NCBI RefSeq assembly: GCF_009914755.1
Contig: NC_060947.1
Strand: one strand, 5' to 3'
Length of the DNA stretch: 64,000 nucleotides
Source: the human T2T-CHM13v2.0 reference genome, Homo sapiens
Every line of letters starts with the position of its first letter. The first letter of the stretch is position 1. Of the stretch, positions 25,457-40,067 are shown piece after piece. The notes beneath the pieces were generated by a model, which made no database searches, was not told where the DNA came from, and saw only the letters and a program-made list of their open reading frames with translations. The translations under genes and the position numbers were made by a program.

Positions 25457-28400
25457 AGAGTGACAAGCTGGATAAAAAAGCAAGATCCAATGGTATGCTG
25501 TCTTTCAGAGACCTATCTCACATGTAATGACACTCAATGACTCAAAATACAGGGATGGAGGAAAATCTACCAAGCAAATGGAAAACATAAAAAAGCAGTG
25601 GTTGCAATCCCAGTTTCAGACAAAAACATATTTCAAACCAACAAAGGTCAAAAAAGACAAAGAAGGGCATTACATAATGTTAAAGGGTTCAATTCAACAA
25701 TAAGACCTAACTATTCTTAATATCTCTGCACCCAGCACAGGAGTACCCAGATTCATAAAGCAGGTTCGTAGAGACCAACAAAGACACATAGACTCCCACA
25801 CAATAATAGTGGGGTTGACAGTATTAGATTATTGAGGCAGAAAATTCACAAAGATATTCAGGACCTGAACTCAATACTGGACCAAATGAATCAGATAGAC
25901 CTCTACAGTATTCCTCATCCAAAGGCAACAGAATATGCAGTTGTCTCATCATCACATGGCACATACTCTAAAATCAACCAAACGATTGAACATAAAACAA
26001 TCCTCTACAAATTCAAAAGAAACAAAATCGTATCACATATACTGTCAGGTGACAGCACAATCAAAATAAAAGTCAAGAATAAGAAAATTGCTCAAAACCA
26101 TGCAATTAGATGAAAATTATACAACATGCTCCTGAATGACTTTTGTTAATAATGAAATTAAGGCAGAAATCAAGAAGTTCTTTGAAACTAATGAGAACAA
26201 AGATACAACATACAAGAATCTCTGAGACACAGCGAGGCATTGTTAATAGAAAAATTCATGGCACTAAATGCCCACATCAAAAAGTTAGAAAAATCTAAAA
26301 TTAACAACCTAATTTTACAAGTAAAAGAATTAGAGAAGCAAGAACAAATCAACCCCAAAGCTACTAGAAGACAAGAAATAACCAAAATCAGAGCTGAACT
26401 GAAGGAAATCAAGATATGAAAAACTATTGGAAAGATCAGCAAATCCAGGAGTTGTTTTTTTTTTTTGAAAAAAAATTAATAACAGATAGACCTCTAGCTA
26501 GACTAAGAAAAGAGGGAATATCCAACTAAAGACTATTAGAAATGATCAAGAAAATGTTACCACTAACCCCACAGAAATAAAAACAAACCCCAGAAACTAC
26601 TACTAACACCTCTATGCACACAAACTAGAAAACCTAGAAGAGATGAATAAATTTATGGACACATACACCCTCCCAAGACTGAGTCAGGAAGAAATTGATT
26701 CCTTGAACAGACCAATAACAAGCTATGAAACTAAATCAGTCATAAATAGCCTACTAACAACAATAACAACAAAAACTTAGAACCTCAAGGATTCACAGCT
26801 GAATTCTAAAACATGTAAGAAGAAGAGCCGGTAGCATCCCTACAGAAACTATTCCAAAATGTTGAGGTGGGGGGACTCCTCTGCAACTCATTTTTTAAGG
26901 CCAGTATCATCTTGATATTGAAACCCAACAGAGACATGACACAAAAGAAAACTTCAGGCTAATATCCTGGACGAACATTGATGCAAAAATTCTCAACAAA
27001 ATACTTGCAAACTGACTTCAGCAGCACATCAAAAAGCTAATCCACCATGATCAAACAGGCTTCATCACCAGAATGCAAGGTTGGTTCAACATACACAAAT
27101 CAATACATGTAATTCACCACATAAACAGAACTAAAGACAAAAACCACATGATTATCTCTATAAATAAATAAAAGGCTTTCAATAAAATTCAACAACGCTT
27201 CAAGTTAAAAACCCCAAATAAACTAGGTATTGAAGGAAAATACCTCACCCACAGCCAATATTGTACTGAATGGGCAAAAGCTGAAAGAATTACCCATAAA
27301 AACTGGCACAAGACAAGGATGCCCTCTTTCACCACTTCTATTCAACATGGAAGTGAAAGTCCTAGCCAGAGCAATCAGGCAAGAGAAAGAAATGAAGGCA
27401 TTCAAATAGGAAGAGAGGAAGTCAAACTATTTCTGTTTGCAGATGATATAATTCTGTGTCTGGAAAACCCCAAACTTTTGGCCCAAAAGCTCCTTCCACT
27501 AATAAAAAAACAATTCAGCAGTTTCAGGATACAAAATCAATTTACAAAGATCACTAGCATTCCTATACACCAACAACAGCCAATCTGAGTGCCAAATAAA
27601 AAAGGTAATCCCATTCATAATTGCCACAACAAGAATAAAATAGCTGGGAATACAGCTTACTGGGGGGGGTGAATGATATCTACAATGAGAATTACAAAAC
27701 ACTGCTCAAAAAAATCATAGAAGACACACAAAAAAATGGAACAACATCCAATGCTTGTGGATAGAAAGAATGAACATCATTAAATGGCTATATTGCCCAA
27801 ATTATAGATTCAATGCTATTCCTATTAAACTACTGACCACATTCTTCACAGAAGTAGAAAAAACTATTTTAAAATTCATACGGAAACAAAAAAGACCCTG
27901 AATAGCGAAGGCAATTCTATGCATAAAGAACAAAGCTGGAGGCATCATGTTACCAAACTTCAAACTACCATACAGGCCTACAGTAACCAAAACAGCATGG
28001 TACTGGTACAAAAACAGGTACATAGACCAATGGAACAGAATCGAGAGCCCAGAAATAAGGCTGTACACCTATGATCTCCTCATCTTCAACAATAAAAAGA
28101 GGACATTTATGTGGCCAACCAACATACGAAAAAAAGCTCATCATCACTGGTCATTAGAGAAATGCAAATCAAAACTGCAATTAGATACCATCTCATGCCA
28201 GTTAGAATGGCGATCATTAAAATGTCTGGAAACAACAGATGCTGGTGAGGATGTGGAGAAATAGGAACACTTTTACACTGTTGATGGGAGTGTAAATTAG
28301 TTCAACCATTGTGGAAGACAGTGTGGCGATTCCTCAAGGATCTAGAACCAGAAATTCCATTTGACCCAAAGGATTATAAATCATTCTACTATAAAGACAC

Positions 28401-28705
28401 ATGTACGTGTATGTTTATTGCAGCACTATTTACAATAGCAGACTTGGAACCAACCAAAATGTCTATCAGTGATAGACTGGATAAAGAAAATGTGGCACAT
28501 ATACACCATGGAATACTATGCAGCCATAAAAAAGGATGAGTTCGTGTCCTTTGCAGGGACAGGGATGAAGCTGGAAATCATCATCCTCAGCAAACTAACG
28601 CAGGAACAGAAAACCAAACACCGCATGTTCTCACTCATAAGTGGGAGTTGAACAAGGAGAACACATGGACATAGAAAGGGGAACATCACACACTGGACAC
28701 ACACT
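25457..28705 (+). mobile_element. Older L1PA ORF2 (EN to start of 3' UTR), with internal deletions and no tail
   Basis: Starts in the EN domain (RVTSWIKKQDPMVCC). ORF2 fragments throughout; deletions near 27250, 28095 and 28368; ends at cacacactgg. Confidence 0.92.
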
Positions 28706-28909
28706 GCAACGACTCAGACAGTACTGCATATGCCAACCTTTTTACATTTAATTTTATTCTAAGGAAGGCAAAATATTTAAATACTCTCAAAGTTTATAAA
28801 ACATGTTCAGCAAAATCTAACTTCTATCAATGCTCTCTTCCCCTTTTTTCTCTCTCCTTCTACAGATAATACTTTTCTTAATTTTATGTTTTATTCTTAC
28901 ATTTTGGGG

Positions 28910-31900
28910 ATTTTTTTATCGATACAACTGTACATGTATATGGGGTACATGTGATATTTTGATACATGTATATGATGTGTAATAATCAAATCAGTGTAAC
29001 TGGGACATTTCTCACCTCAAATATTTTTCTTTGTGTTGGGAAAATTACAATTCTTCTCTTCTAGCTTTTTTGAATATATAATGAATTATTGCTAACTATA
29101 TTTTCGCTAATGTACTATTGAGTACTAAAACTTGTTCCTTCTGTGTAACTGTATTTCTTCACCCATTAACCAACTTGTCTGTATTCTTTCTTTCTGCTTC
29201 CATGTCCAGCCTCTGATAACCACCATTCTACTCTCTACCACCATGAGAACCACTATTTTAGCTCCTACATATGAGTGAGAACATGTAATATCTGTCTTTC
29301 TGTGCCTGGCTTAGTTCACTTTACATAATAAACTCCAGTTCTATCTATTTTGATGGAAATGACAATTTATTTTTTACAGCTGAATAATATTCCGTTATGT
29401 GTATATACCACACTTTCTTTATCCATCCATCCGTTGATGGATGCTTAGGTTGCTTCCCTGTTTGGCTATTGTTAATGGTGCTGCAATAAACATGGGAGTG
29501 CAGATACACCTTCAAAATACTAATCTCCTTTCTTTGGGCTATATACCCAACAGTGGAATTATTGAATTATATGGTAATTGTATTTGTAGTTTCTTCTGAG
29601 AAATCACCATACTCTTTTCCTTAATGGCTGTATCGTTTTACATTTCAACCAACAAGGTACAAATGTTCCTCTTTCTTTGCATACTCTCCATCTTGTGTTA
29701 GTTTTGTCTTTTTGATAATAGCCATTCTATCTGGGTAAGATAATATCTCATTGTGGTTTTAATTTGCAATTCCCTGATGATTACTAATATTGAGCATTTG
29801 TTCATATACTTGTTGTCTATTCATATGTCTTCATTTGATAAATGTCTATTCAGGTCTTTTGCCCATTTTGTTGTTAAATTATTTGGGGCTTTTTGCTATT
29901 GAGTTATTTGACATCCTCATATAACATAGTTATTAATCTCCTGTCAGATGGATAGTCTGCAAATAATTTTCCCATTTTGTAGGTTGTCTCTTCACTTTGT
30001 TAATTGTTTTCTTTGCTGTGCAGAAGCTTTTTAGCTTGATATAATCCCCTTTGTCTACTTTTGATTTTGTTGCCTGGGCTTTTGAGGTCTTAGTCATAAA
30101 ATATTTGCTCTGACCAATGTCCTGGAGCATTTTTCCAGCGTTTTCTTTTAATCATATAATAGTTTTAGGATCTTTCGTGTAAGTGCTTAATTCATTTTGA
30201 GTTTAATTTTTTTTAGGGTGAAAGGTGAAGATCTAGTTTTATTCTTCTGTATATGAATATCTAGTTTTTTTTTCTGTGTCACTTCCTAAGGGGACTTCAT
30301 TTCCCATTATATGTTCTTGGTGCCTGTGTTGAAAACCAATTGGCTGTATGTGTGTGGATTTATTTCTGGGTTCTCTATTGTGTTCCATTGGTCTATATGT
30401 CTGTTTTAATGCCAGTGCCATCCTGTTTTGGTTACTACAGCTTCATAGTACAATTTAAATCCAGTTAGTGTGATGTCTCCAGACGTGTTCTTTTTGATAA
30501 GGATTGCTTTAGCTATTAAGGGTCTTTTTTGGTTCTATATGAATTTTAGGATTTTAAAATTTTTTTGAAGAATGTCACTGGTATTTTAATAGATATTACA
30601 TTTAATCTGTCAATCAGTTTGTGCAGTATAAATATTTTAACAGTATTCTTCCAATCCATGAGTGTGGGATATTTTTTCATTTTTTGTGTCTTCTTCAATT
30701 TCTTTCTTGAGGGTTTTACCATTTTTCCTATAAGGATCTCTCATTTCTTTGGTTAAATATATACTTGGGTATTTTATTTTTTATAAAGTAAGTGGAATTG
30801 CTTTTTTGATTCCTTCTTGGATTGGTTGCTGTAAACATGTAGAAACACTACTGATTTTCATATGTTTCTTTTGTATCCTGCAACTTTAGTGAATTAATTT
30901 ATGAGTTTAAAGAGTTTTTTGGTGGAGACTGGGGTTTTCTAAATAAAATATTATATCATCTGAAAACCAGGATAATTTGAATTCCTTCTTTCTAATTTGG
31001 TCTTTTTTTCTCTCTCTTTTGAGTAATTGCTCTGGCTACAACTTCCACTACTGTGTCAAATAAAAGTAGTACAAGTGAGCATGCTTATCTTGCTCGAGAT
31101 CTTAGTGGTAAGGCTTCAGGTTTTTTTTTTTCATTCACTATGATGTTAGCTGTGGACTTGTCATATATAGCCTTTATTATTTTGAGTAAAGTTTCTTCTA
31201 TTTCTAGTTTATTGAGAGTTTTTCTCATGAAGGGGTGTTTAATTTTATTAAATGCATTTTCAGCATCTATTGATATAATTATACAATTTTGCTCTTGATT
31301 CTGTTGGTGTGATGTATCACATTTAGTAATTTCTATATGTTGAACCATTCTGGCATCCCTGCTAAGCATCCCAATTGATCATGGTGAATAATATTCTTAA
31401 TATGTTGCTGGATTTGGCTTGCTGGTATTTTGTTGAGGATTTTTATGTTCATATTTATCAGAGTTATTGGTCTGTAGTTTTCTTTTTTTGTGCTATTTTT
31501 GTCTGGTGTTTGTATCAGGGTAATGCTGGTCTCATAGAATCAGTTAGAAAATGTTTTCCCCTCTTCAGTTTTTTTGAAATAGAGTGGAATTAGTGTTCTT
31601 CTTTTAATACTTGGTAGAATTCAGCAGTTAATCCATCAGGCCTTTGCTTTTCTTTAATGGGATATTTTTAAATTACTGCTTTCTTCTTATTGCTCATTAC
31701 TGGCCTGTTTAGGTTTTCTATTTCTTCATGTTTCAATCTTAGTTGGTTTATATGTCCAGGAATTTATTAATTTCTTCCAGATTTTCAATTTTTTTGGCTT
31801 ACAGTTTTTTACATTATTCCCTAATGATTTTTTTTTTTTTTTTTGCGTTACTGTGGTATCATTTGTAATGTTTCATTTTTTAATTTTGTTTTGGTCTTCC

Positions 31901-34900
31901 ATTTTGTTTATTTGGGTCCTCTCTTTTTTCCTATTCTGGCTAAAGGTTTGTCATTTTGTTTATATTTTTAAAAAACCAAATTCCTATTTTGCTAATTTAT
32001 TATCATTTAGTTTATTTCTTTTCCAACATTATTTATTTTCTTCTACTAATTTTAGAATCAATTTGTTCTTGCTTTTATTGTTACTTGAGTTGCATCAGAC
32101 TGTTTATTTGGAGTCTATTTTTTGATGTAGGTATTTATTGATATATAAACTTTCATCTTAGCACAGCTTTTGCAGTTTCCCATAGGTTTTGATAGGTTGT
32201 GTTCCCATTTTTATTGATTTTAAGACATTTTTGAAATTTCTCTATAACTTCTTTATTGACTGGTCATTTAGGAACAAGTTTAATTTCGATGTGCACAGAT
32301 TTCAAAACTCCTCTTCTTATTGATTTTGCATTTTATTTTATTGTGATCAGAAAATATTCTTGATATAACTTCAACATTTTTGGCTTTGTTGAGACTTGTT
32401 TTTAGGCCTAACATATGGGTCTATCCTGGAGAATGTTCTTTGTGCTGATGAGAAAGAATTGCATATTCTTTAGAAGTTGGATGAAATCTTTATTTCAATA
32501 TCTGTTAGGCCCATTTGTTCAAGCGTATAGCTTAACTTTGATGCTTCTTTGTTGATATTCTGCCTGGATGATATTTCCATTGCTGAAAGTATATTGCTGA
32601 AAGTGGTGTTTTGAGGTCTCTTTCTATTATTATGTTGCAGTCTATCTCTCTTTTAGATATATTAATATTTGCTTTATATATTTGATTGCTTTGCCATTGG
32701 GTGCATATGTCTATCTATCCATAGATAGATAGATGTATTTATAATCCTTATATCTTCTTGCTAAATTGACCACTTTATCATTATATAATAATCTTCTTTG
32801 TCTCTTTTTACAGTTTTGACTTAAAGTCTATTTTTATCTGATGTAAGTATAGCTACTTCTGCTCTTTTTTGGTTTTCATTTGTATGGAATCACTTTTTCC
32901 ATCTGTTCATTTTCAATCTATGTGTGTCTTTATAGTGGAAGTTTCTTATAGGCAGCATATAGTTGGGTCTTGTTTTTTAATCCATTCCTCTCTATGACTT
33001 TTAATTGGAAAATTTTGTCCATTTACAATGTTATTATTAGTAACTAAGGACTTACTCATGTTATTGTTCTACTTATTTTCTAATTGTTTAAGTTGTTTTA
33101 TTTTCTCTTCCTTTTGAACCGTCTTCTTTTGTGGTTATGTAATTTTCTAGAAGTATGTTTTAATCCACTGCTTTTTATTTTGGGTATATATATTATAGGT
33201 TTTGTTTTGTGGTTACCATGAGACTTAAACAAAATATCCTATAGTTATAGGATATTTTTTAAACTGATGAAAATTTACTGTGATTACCAATCAAGAAAAT
33301 AAACAAACCAAAAAATACTTTACACAGTAATTTCCTTCTCCCCTGAAATTCTGAATTTTTAATGTAAGAATTTACATCTCAACAAATCATTGTAGTTATT
33401 AATATTTTCATAGTTTTATTTTTTAGTATTCTTACTAAAGATATATGTGGTTTAAACATCATGGTTACAATATAAGTAAACAATCACATTAGCATCTTTT
33501 TTCAGTTTTAATCATTCCCTTTATCATTTCTTGTAGGACAGGTCTTATAGTCATCAAGTCCTTCAGCATCTGTTTGTCTGGGAGTCTTTTTATCTCCTTT
33601 ATTTCTGTAGGACAACTGTGCTGGGTACAGTATTCTTGTTTGTCAATTTGTTTTTTGTTCCTTCTGCACTCTCTATATTTTGTTCCACCACTTCCTGGTA
33701 TGTAGTATTTCTTCTGAGAAGCCTGATGCCAGTCATATTGGATCTCCCTTATATGTTATTTTCTTATTTTCTCTCTCTGCTCTCAGCATACTTTCTCTAT
33801 CTTTGACTTTTGAAAGTTTGATTATGATATGTTTCAAAGTATTTTTATTTGGGTTGAAAATATTTGGTGACTTTTGACCTTTCTGTACCTGGATATGTAT
33901 GTCTTCCTCCAGGTTTGGACAGTTTTATGTTATTATTTATTTTGAAAGACTTTTTACCTGTTTGTCTTTCTCACTTTCCTCCTTTACTTAACAAGTCAAC
34001 TATTTGCTCTTTTTATGTCATCCTATAGATCCTGTAAACTTTGTTCATTCCTTTTCATTGTTTTTATTTCTCCTCTGATTTTTATTTTCTAAGATTTTCT
34101 TCAGGCTCACTGATTCTTTATTCTGTTTGATCAGTCCTGATGTTCATGTTTTCTATTGCATTTTTTATTTCATTATATTTTTCACCTTTGAAATTTCTGT
34201 TTGATTTTTTTAAATTATTTTATTCTTTGTGTTAATTTTTTCATGTACATATCTGAATTAATTCTCTGTGTTTTCTTGAAGTTTGTTGAGCTTCCTTGCA
34301 ATAGCTACTTTGAATTCTTTGTTTAAAATACACATCTCCACCACTTTATCATAAGACCTTATTGTATCCCTTTGATGAGGTCACATTTCTTTCAATGTTG
34401 ATGCTATGGAAGTTTGATGATGTCTACTTATTGAGGAATTCGATTTTCTTTTCAGTCTGTCTTTGTTTGTGCCTGTCCTTCTTCAGAGGACCTTCCAGGG
34501 ATTCTAAGCCAACTGGCTTTTTGTGTCCTGAGTCTGTGACCACCTCAGCCATCTCAGAACTAGAAAAGGCTTTAAGCCCAGACTTGCCATGAATCTTGTT
34601 AGGGCTCCAAGTTTATGTGGCTTCCCAGTGCTGAAGGATGTGGGGAAGATCCAGTGAGGATCCTGGGGTTGTGTGGAAATGCTGGCCAGGGGCTTGAGTC
34701 CAGAAGACTGTCCCCGTGGCCCAGATGAGTATACATCTTAGAAGGTCTCTGCACAGGTGTGATGGGTCCATGATTGCAAGGAGAGGAGCTGGAATTGAGA
34801 TTGGGCCCCTTCAGCATCTGCTGTGGGAGAGGGGCTGATGGGCCTGCGTAATTGGCTTAGATTGGCATGTGTCACACAACAGATCCCTATAAAAGTGTGG

Positions 34901-35740
34901 TAGTTCTTTGATTAAAACAGGAGGGGCCAGAGCTGAGACTGGGCTTTCTTAGGATATGATTTATGATGGAGGCTGGTGTGCTTCTCATATTAGCTCAGAT
35001 GGATGCACATTTCCTAGTTGTTCTTCACATAGATAGGATAGTTTCCAACTGCAGCAGGAGAGGCTGGAGTTTAGACTTGAATCCCAGGGGAACCAAGTAT
35101 TGGTATCCACTGTGGGAAGAGAGGTTGAAGAGTCTGGTCTCCACTCAGGGGTGGACATTACTGCAGTGGGAGGAGCTGAAGCTGAGACTGAGACACTTTG
35201 GGATCTGTTGTGGGACAGAGATCATCAATCCTGTTAGACAGGCTCAGATTCCCAGGCTGTGAGATACTGGTGAGTCTCCCTGTTGATTCATATGTATGCT
35301 GCTCTGATCGGGGATCTAAGCTGAGGAAAGCTGGAGCAGTGCCTCAAAGCAATTTCAGGTTCTCTGCTGGATTATTGTCAGCAGGCAGGTGAACATTTCT
35401 GCCAAGGCACTACTATGTGCAATTCCTTCTGGACTCCTTGGCAGATAGTTTTGTTTGCAGGCTCAAGGCCCAATTGGGCTGTGACCAAGTTCCTTGGGAA
35501 ACTAGGCTATTTCCAACCTTAAACCCAGAGGCAAGCTTGGTGGGGTAGATCAGCCAATTGGTTGTCAGTCTTTACTCTCAAAAAGATGCTCCTAGGTCTT
35601 GGGCTCTACCAGGGTTTCACAAGCATCTATTCAAATTCTGAGCCTCCCATAGAAACATTTTTGACTGTGAATGCATGCAATATTCTTGTTGTGGGGAGAT
35701 ATGAGAGGGTTATCTTCTATTTTGACATCATGGTGACATT
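28910..35740 (-). mobile_element. Near full-length old L1MA-type LINE-1
   Basis: L1MA 3' end (tatggggtacatgtgatattttgatacatg), decayed ORF2 and ORF1, GC-richer 5' UTR, and a terminal cttctattttgacatcatggtgacat resembling the L1MA 5' end. Confidence 0.85.
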
Positions 35741-36364
35741 ATTCTCTTTATTCTTCTATTATTTTTAATATAAGTGTATAGATATATGATAGATTTATAG
35801 ACTGATCAATAGATGCATATATGCATATCTACTCATTATCTATCTGCCCTATACACGTTCACAAATACAAATCTTGTGCTAAATACACTGCAGTGGCATA
35901 TACACATTTTTATCTACCTTATTTTTTAATTTAAAATTATGTATTCTAGTGATCACTCAATAGTAACATGTATATATGTTTGAGATGTTTAGCTCCAATA
36001 ATTTAATATATTTTATTATATGGATTTTATACAAAATGCCTCTTAGTATATTTTTGATATTTAAGAATGTTTTATTTTTAATTGTTAACTATATATTAAT
36101 ATCCTTTTATTGTATCTCAAGTCTATTTCTTAATTGGCTTTCTAATATGGCCAACACTGAAATTGCCTAGTTACCTCCTATTTTCTCAGCATTCTCTGCC
36201 ATTCAGCATTTCATTGAAAGTATAACCCTTTTCCTACTATCAGTGAATAACAGTATGTCAATTATTTATCTTATACTTTTCATATACACTCCCATTTATA
36301 CCCAGTTTTAATGGTTGTTCTATATATACATTATTAAACAAAATGGTCATTATATTGTATTCTG

Positions 36365-36744
36365 TGATGTGGTTTGGATTTCTGTCCCTTCCTAAATCTC
36401 ATGTCAAATTGTAATCCGCAGTGTTGGAGAAGGGGCCTGGTGGCAGGTGACTTGATCATGGGGGCAGATTTTTCTCTTGCTCTTCTCATGATAGTAAGTG
36501 AGTTATCATGAGACATGGTTGTTTAAAAGTGTGTAGCACCTCCCCCTTTGATCTCTTCCTCCTGTTCCAGCCATGTAGGACATGCCTGCTTTCCCTTTGC
36601 CTTCCACCATGATTGTAATTTTCCTGAGGCCTGTCTAGCCATGCTTCTTGTAAAGCCTGCAGAACCATGAGCCAATTAAACCTTTTTTCTTTATAAATTA
36701 CCCAGTCTTAGTTCTTTATAGCAGTGTGAGAATGGACTAATATA
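36365..36744 (+). mobile_element. MSTA-like solo MaLR LTR
   Basis: TGATGTGGTTTGG...GGACTAATATA; TSD TTCTG at 36360-36364 and 36745-36749. Confidence 0.92.
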
Positions 36745-37129
36745 TTCTGTACCTTAGTTTTATAGGTAAAATTTAATGATCACCGACAATCCATAAACTA
36801 GTATCTCTACAGTAATTTTGCCTTTCTGAATTTATTCTTTATTCCTCAAGAAGTTTACAGAGAAGTTCCCAAGATGACACTTGATCTCACTGTACTTCAT
36901 AGCCAGAAAATTATCAATAAATATTGGCATCATTTTAAAAGGATTCAGGAGCAAACTTGAGGAATCTCCCATTGCTCAAATATGATACAATTTAAGTGCC
37001 AATAAAGTAATAACTATGATACATATATACCTCAATATGTTTAATTCTGTGAACTAAAAATGATACTCAAAAAAATCCATCATTGGTGAACTTAGGAAGA
37101 TGCTAGTTATTTTAAGCTGGCTTGGTGTA

Positions 37130-39660
37130 TTTTTTTCTATATTTTTATTTTAAACAACTATAATATTATATTTAAAGTTTATTTCTTTTAAATATAGTTA
37201 GATCATTTAAAAATAATTCTGCCAATCTCTGCTTTTTAACTGGTATGTTTAAGCTATTTATAATGTAATTATTTGTATATTAGGACCTAGGTCTGCCATT
37301 TTTGTTTGCTTTGTGTTTGATCCCTTTGTGTTGCATTCCTCTGTTTCACATTTCACTTCTTCCTCTAAGTGCCTTGAATATTTTTTAGAGTTCCATTTTG
37401 TCTCATCTGTGTGTTTAAGATTTTTTAATAGTATTTTAGTGGCTTCTTCAGATATTGCATTATACATATATAATTTACGATCTGCTAGTGTAAGCTTTTC
37501 AGCAGCCTAAGACAAATGTAGACAATTTATCTCCACTTCAATCCCTTTGTCTTCATGTATTCAACATATAAATTTTTTTAAATGTGTTTCTCTACATAGA
37601 TTGAAAAACTGCATTAGAGAGTGTTAAAAGCTTTTGCTTCAACTTTTTAACATAAAACTCAAAAGAAGGAAAGTATATTGTATATGATACAGACAGGAGA
37701 CAGGGAAATACTGGATAGGAGAAGGTGGTTCCCTGGCAAAGGCCCCACCCTCAAGCCTGGAAACCCACAGCCCTAAATGGGAACAGGCATTCACGTTGAC
37801 TTTTGGCCTGCTGCACCCCCGTCCCCTGTACCCATATGAACCCCAGCTCCAAGAGCAGATGAGCAGATGAACAGGAGAGCAGAGGAGCAGAAGAGCAGCA
37901 TGGCAGAGAAGGGGAGAAGAGGAGTGTCTGAATGTCAAGAGGAGTTCGGCTGGGGACGGTCGGAGAGGAGATTGGCTGTGTAATGGCCAAACTCCAGGGG
38001 AAGATCATCTTCCCACTCCATCTCCTTTCCAGCTCCCCATCCGTCCTGTGGAGAGCCATCTCCATCACCCAATAAAATCCCCACATTCACCATCTTTCAA
38101 GTCCGTGTGTTACCTGATTCTTCCTGGATGCCAGACAAGAACCTGGGTACCAAGAGGGCACTCAGCTGGTTAACACTTAAGCTGTCTGTAGATGGCAGAG
38201 CTAAGACAGCACTGTAGCATGCCCAGTGAGGCTTTGGGAACCACAGGCACACACCCCTAGATGCCACTGTGGGGCCGGAGCCCAAAAGCGCTCGCTCCGG
38301 CTCCTGCACCTGCTTGTCTGCATGCTTGCCCTCTGGTAGGGGGTTTAAGCAGCCATGGTGGCCAAACAGACAAGCCACACCCCTGTCACATGTCCTGTGA
38401 GGATGGTCTGGGAACTCTCTTGTTTCATATATATAGATACTATTGATGTTTTCATTGTTCTTTCTTTCTTCCTTCCTGATACTCCGTGATCCCTTCTGTA
38501 ATATTTCTTTTCTGTTCGAAGAACTTTTCTTAGACATTTAACCACTCTTTATTTTCTCCTTCTGTGACAGCAATGACACAGATGCTAGCTCTTTTGTTAC
38601 TGTTTTACAAGTATCTGAGGCTCTGTAATTTTTTCAGTCTATTTCCTATATGATGTTTAGATTTGTAAAGTCTAGTTCTTGCAGTCTATTATTCTCACAG
38701 GCTATCTTTAGGTTCACTTTTTATTTCCTCTGTCATTTCCAATCCATTTTTGAGCCCAAGTAGTAAGGTTTTTAAAATTATTTTGGTTTTCACATGTTTC
38801 ATAATTCTAATTTGATTTTGGTTCTTTTTTATAATTTCTATTTATTTGGTAAAATTTTCTATGTTTACTTCAAGATAATTCATAATTGATTTATTGGGTA
38901 TTTTTATTATGGCTGATTTAAAATTCTTGTCAGATAATTGTAGTATCTGATTCATGTCAGTGTTAGCATCTGTTAATCACTTTTTTTCATTCAAGTTTTG
39001 ATTTTACTTGTTTGTAGTATGATGAGTTTTTGTTTCTCTGTTTTTGTATCTGGACATTTGGGGTATGATGTTAGGAGACTCTAGATCCTTTTTACATCAT
39101 CTATTTAGCAGCCAGTCACCCAGTTTAGGTTTGGCAAATGGGGCCTGGCCTAGTTTTGTGGGCTGTGGTTCAAATGGCATTTAGTTTTGAGAGCCCCTTC
39201 AGTGCTATTCTGGTATGATTTCATTTTATGCTGCATAGAGGCCACTCTGAAAACCTGGGTGGTATTCCAAACTTTGGTTCAGTTATAAAACTTTTTGGCA
39301 TATTTTCTTCTAGTAGCTTTTACGTGTGAATTGGTCAGGGGTCTTCTTAGTGTTTTCCTTATAATTGAAACAATTCCTTTATTTGTTCAGCTCTTCCTTT
39401 CTGGGATTTTCTTCTCCTTGTATTTGGGCAGGTGGTGGGTACTGCCTCCCATTCATTTTGGGGTGAGAAGTGGCTAAATTTAGACACCTTGCTCTGTTTT
39501 TGCTATAATCGCTGGCAATGGAGCAAAGTGTTTCTGTGGGCTGACTTCTTACACTGACTGAAAGTCAAGGTCCAAATTCCCCATTTTGTCTCCACTGACA
39601 TCATGGAGGGAATAGAAACCCTCCCCAGGCCATCTTATATTTGGTCCCTGATTACATGGT
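37130..39660 (-). mobile_element. Ancient L1M fragments (host of LTR1)
   Basis: T-rich antisense L1M ORF1/inter-ORF-like sequence. Confidence 0.5.
37685..38427 (+). mobile_element. LTR1-family (HUERS-P2) solo LTR
   Basis: TGATACAGACAGGAGACAGGGAAATACTGG...GGAACTCTCTTGTTTCA; 4-bp TSD TATA. Confidence 0.88.
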
Positions 39661-39676
39661 GTCTGAAACAAAGGAA

Positions 39677-40067
39677 TATTTTAGTTCATATTCTGTTCCT
39701 ATAATGGAATATCATAGACTGGGTAATTTAGTAACAGAAGAGATTTATTTGGTTCGTGGTTCTGGAGGCTGAGAAGTCCAAGATCATGGGGCTGAGGTCC
39801 TCCTCCTGATATCTTATCATACCAGAGATCACATAATATGGTGGAAGGCATTACATGGTGAGAGAGTGAATGGGAAAAAGAAAACTAGGTTGAACTCCTC
39901 CTTTCATCAGGAGCCTACTCCTGTGATAAGTAACCCACTTCCATAATTATGAAATTTCTTCATTCATGAGGTAAGAGCCCTCATGACCTAATCAGTTCTT
40001 AAGGGTCGAATAGTAACAGTAATTAAATTTTAAAGTTAGTTTTGGAGGAGACATTTAAACCATAGCA
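39677..40067 (-). mobile_element. MSTC/MSTD-like MaLR LTR
   Basis: atcatagactgggtaattta..ggttctggaggctgagaagtccaag..gagccctcatgacctaatc..aaaccatagca. Confidence 0.8.
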
